Assembly: GCA_004558025.1 (NCBI GenBank)
Contig: SFEG01000008.1
Coordinates: 13,909-77,908, forward strand
Origin: Clostridiales bacterium
Lineage (GTDB): Bacteria; Bacillota; Clostridia; Oscillospirales; Oscillospiraceae
Length of the DNA: 64,000 nt
Direction of reading: 5' to 3'
The notes beneath the pieces were generated by a model. The model did no database searches. It was given only the letters and a program-made list of their open reading frames with translations, and was not told the origin of the DNA. The translations under genes and the position numbers were made by a program. Of the stretch, positions 62,390-64,000 are shown in pieces. Position 1 is the stretch's first letter; each line of letters opens with the position of its first letter.

Positions 62390-64000
62390 TGGCTAAGACT
62401 CCTAAATATCCTAATCCTAAGTTTTTCAAGGCGAAAGACAATATCGATTGGAAGAAGCAGTGGGAAAACCTGAAGGTTTGCGGCGGCATCTTCTATGATA
62501 TGCTCAAAGAGACCGATTGGGAAGCATTCAAAAACGGCTGGAAGAACACCCTGAAGATGGATGCAGAACGCATCAAGGAAGAGTACCATGCATTCATGGC
62601 ACTCGACCAGCAGGGTAAGCTTGATGCTATCCTCTACGGTGAAAAGAGACTTGGCAGACTGTATGCCAAGGGCGCAATGGCAACCGTTCGTCGTGAGTGG
62701 CGCGGCATCAAGGACACCGCATATGACTTCTACGAGTGGGCTCGTATGTGGGGCATGCTCCTTATGACCTTCTCCAAGGATCTCATTCCCGCACTCAACA
62801 GTGCTCTGCACTACCGCTGGATGATCTCCTACTTCTGCTGCCACGGCTTTATGGATAAGAACATCATGGGTCAGCGCGGCCGCGCTCTCCGCATGAGCCA
62901 CCTGCTTATCTACGATATATTCCGCTATGTTGCAGAGAACCTCGTTCTTCTGTCCAAGGCTGACCGCAAGAACGGCAACAGCAACGAGCTCAACAAGATG
63001 CTCGTAACCTTTGACGAGATGACCATGGGTCAGATCATGGCAGGCTTCCCCGATCTGTGCGGTATTCCGTATCAGCTGCTGCCCGTCTTCCTCGTCTCTG
63101 AGATCGACCAGCTCACCTGCGTACCTTACATCGACGCAGTCGAGTCCTTCGGTCTGCCCGCAGACTGCTGCCCGGTTCCTTCCTCCGAATGCGGCGCACT
63201 GGTTATCGACGCACTGCCCGATATGGGCTCCTGCTTCATCTCCAGCTCCATGCCCTGCGACGGCTCCACCATGGCATCCTCTTACTTTGCACGCCGCTTC
63301 CCGAACACTCCCGTGTTCCACCTCTGCTTCCCCGTACGTTACGAGGACGAATCCGTCCTTCAGTCGGCAGCCGAGGATATCAAGGCCTGCATAAAGTTTA
63401 TCGAGGATAAGACCGGTGCGAAGTGGAATTGGGATGCTTACTTCACGGCTATGAAGCGCTTCAACAAGGAGACTTCCTATGAGCTCGAGAAGTGGGAAAT
63501 TAACAAGACCAAGTATCCGCAGCTTATCGGCCCCTGCTACGAGCTGTTCCGCAAATGGAACTACGAGATGGACGGCGGTATCGATCCCCGCGTCATATCC
63601 ACCTGCGAAAAGGTCAGCAAGCTGATCCGCGAGGCATATGAGGATCGCGACGAAGCTTGGGTCGGCAAGATGAAGTACCGTGCGATCGTATGGTCCTGCC
63701 CGGCTCACTACTACGCAAACTTCTCCAACTGGGCTGCCAACTGCTGGGGCATCGATGTCCTGGTAGAGATGGAGTCTCTCAACTTCACCAAGCCCCTCGA
63801 GACCGAGGACAAGGAAGAGGCATTGCGCGACCTGGCTCGCCTGTACGAGCGTATGGTTATGCGCCGTCACACCAACGGCGGTTACCACAACGTCGTAACC
63901 GAGCTGTGGCGTCAGTGCGAAGCATGGGATGCAAAGCTCATCATCATGTATCAGAACGTTGCATGTAAGAACATGGCAACTGTTCAGGGCCTGCTTGACG
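62389..64000 (+). CDS. 2-hydroxyacyl-CoA dehydratase family protein, alpha2 (3'-truncated by the window edge)
   Basis: The open frame from ATG 62389 (TAATG overlap with beta2) runs to the window end and is not in the ORF track. REWRGIKDT, ESFGLPADCCP, SMPCDGS and NVACKN parallel alpha1. Confidence 0.7.
   Translation, partial: MAKTPKYPNPKFFKAKDNIDWKKQWENLKVCGGIFYDMLKETDWEAFKNGWKNTLKMDAERIKEEYHAFMALDQQGKLDAILYGEKRLGRLYAKGAMATVRREWRGIKDTAYDFYEWARMWGMLLMTFSKDLIPALNSALHYRWMISYFCCHGFMDKNIMGQRGRALRMSHLLIYDIFRYVAENLVLLSKADRKNGNSNELNKMLVTFDEMTMGQIMAGFPDLCGIPYQLLPVFLVSEIDQLTCVPYIDAVESFGLPADCCPVPSSECGALVIDALPDMGSCFISSSMPCDGSTMASSYFARRFPNTPVFHLCFPVRYEDESVLQSAAEDIKACIKFIEDKTGAKWNWDAYFTAMKRFNKETSYELEKWEINKTKYPQLIGPCYELFRKWNYEMDGGIDPRVISTCEKVSKLIREAYEDRDEAWVGKMKYRAIVWSCPAHYYANFSNWAANCWGIDVLVEMESLNFTKPLETEDKEEALRDLARLYERMVMRRHTNGGYHNVVTELWRQCEAWDAKLIIMYQNVACKNMATVQGLLD

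Noticed and set aside
62365-63888. 507-aa minus-strand ORF opposite alpha2. Similar long antisense ORFs occur at 58684-60252 (-), 61241-62368 (-), 28361-29926 (-), 27134-28306 (-), 18531-20192 (+), 36310-37497 (+), 38568-39809 (-), 10600-11568 (+), 13330-14328 (+), 16710-17555 (-), 51306-52454 (-) and 30369-31805 (+).
   Set aside because: These are mirror frames of genes with clear family motifs in GC-rich DNA. Their translations are Arg/Ala/Gly/Val-rich low-information sequences without recognisable motifs or ribosome-binding sites.

Overview
This 64-kb window is ordinary chromosome from a moderately GC-rich, spore-forming Firmicute. It is probably a Clostridia member, but that placement is inference only. 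The evidence is an alpha/beta-type SASP gene, a T-box leader on pheST, a class B sortase and the rplU-rpmA-obg gene order. I found no rRNA, CRISPR array, transposase, integrase or prophage genes.

Most of the window is housekeeping and transport:
- Transport: an AGCS symporter, two ABC-2 exporter modules (one with a GntR/YtrA-type regulator), the livJHMGF amino-acid ABC system and feoAB with a Cys-rich peptide.
- Housekeeping: trmO, plsY, pheST, pdp, rlmB, obg, L21/L27, cls, ackA, tmcAL and pdxK.
- Other: a paired YhgE/Pip operon, and an Fe-S flavoprotein cluster with an orphan hypA.

The most unusual region is the 3' end (57.2 kb to the window edge). It carries two paralogous pairs of 2-hydroxyacyl-CoA-dehydratase-like subunit genes flanking a CooC-type (CXC) P-loop ATPase. 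No HgdC-type activase or CoA-transferase is visible, but the cluster is cut by the window edge.

Other oddities:
- a catalytically degenerate full-length P1B-ATPase homologue and a separate truncated P1B-ATPase fragment
- a low-GC MurF-like ligase fused to BspA-type leucine-rich repeats
- a MazF/EndoA toxin with no upstream antitoxin
- a 5' tRNA-Met fragment abutting an intact tRNA-Glu
- a sortase B gene next to a highly repetitive surface protein with a PSETG sorting motif
- a small family of nested palindromic intergenic repeats
- a PheT with a duplicated tRNA-binding OB domain
- a small ORF whose ATG is out of frame with its coding frame

All calls come from reading the sequence and the ORF translations. 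No database search was run.
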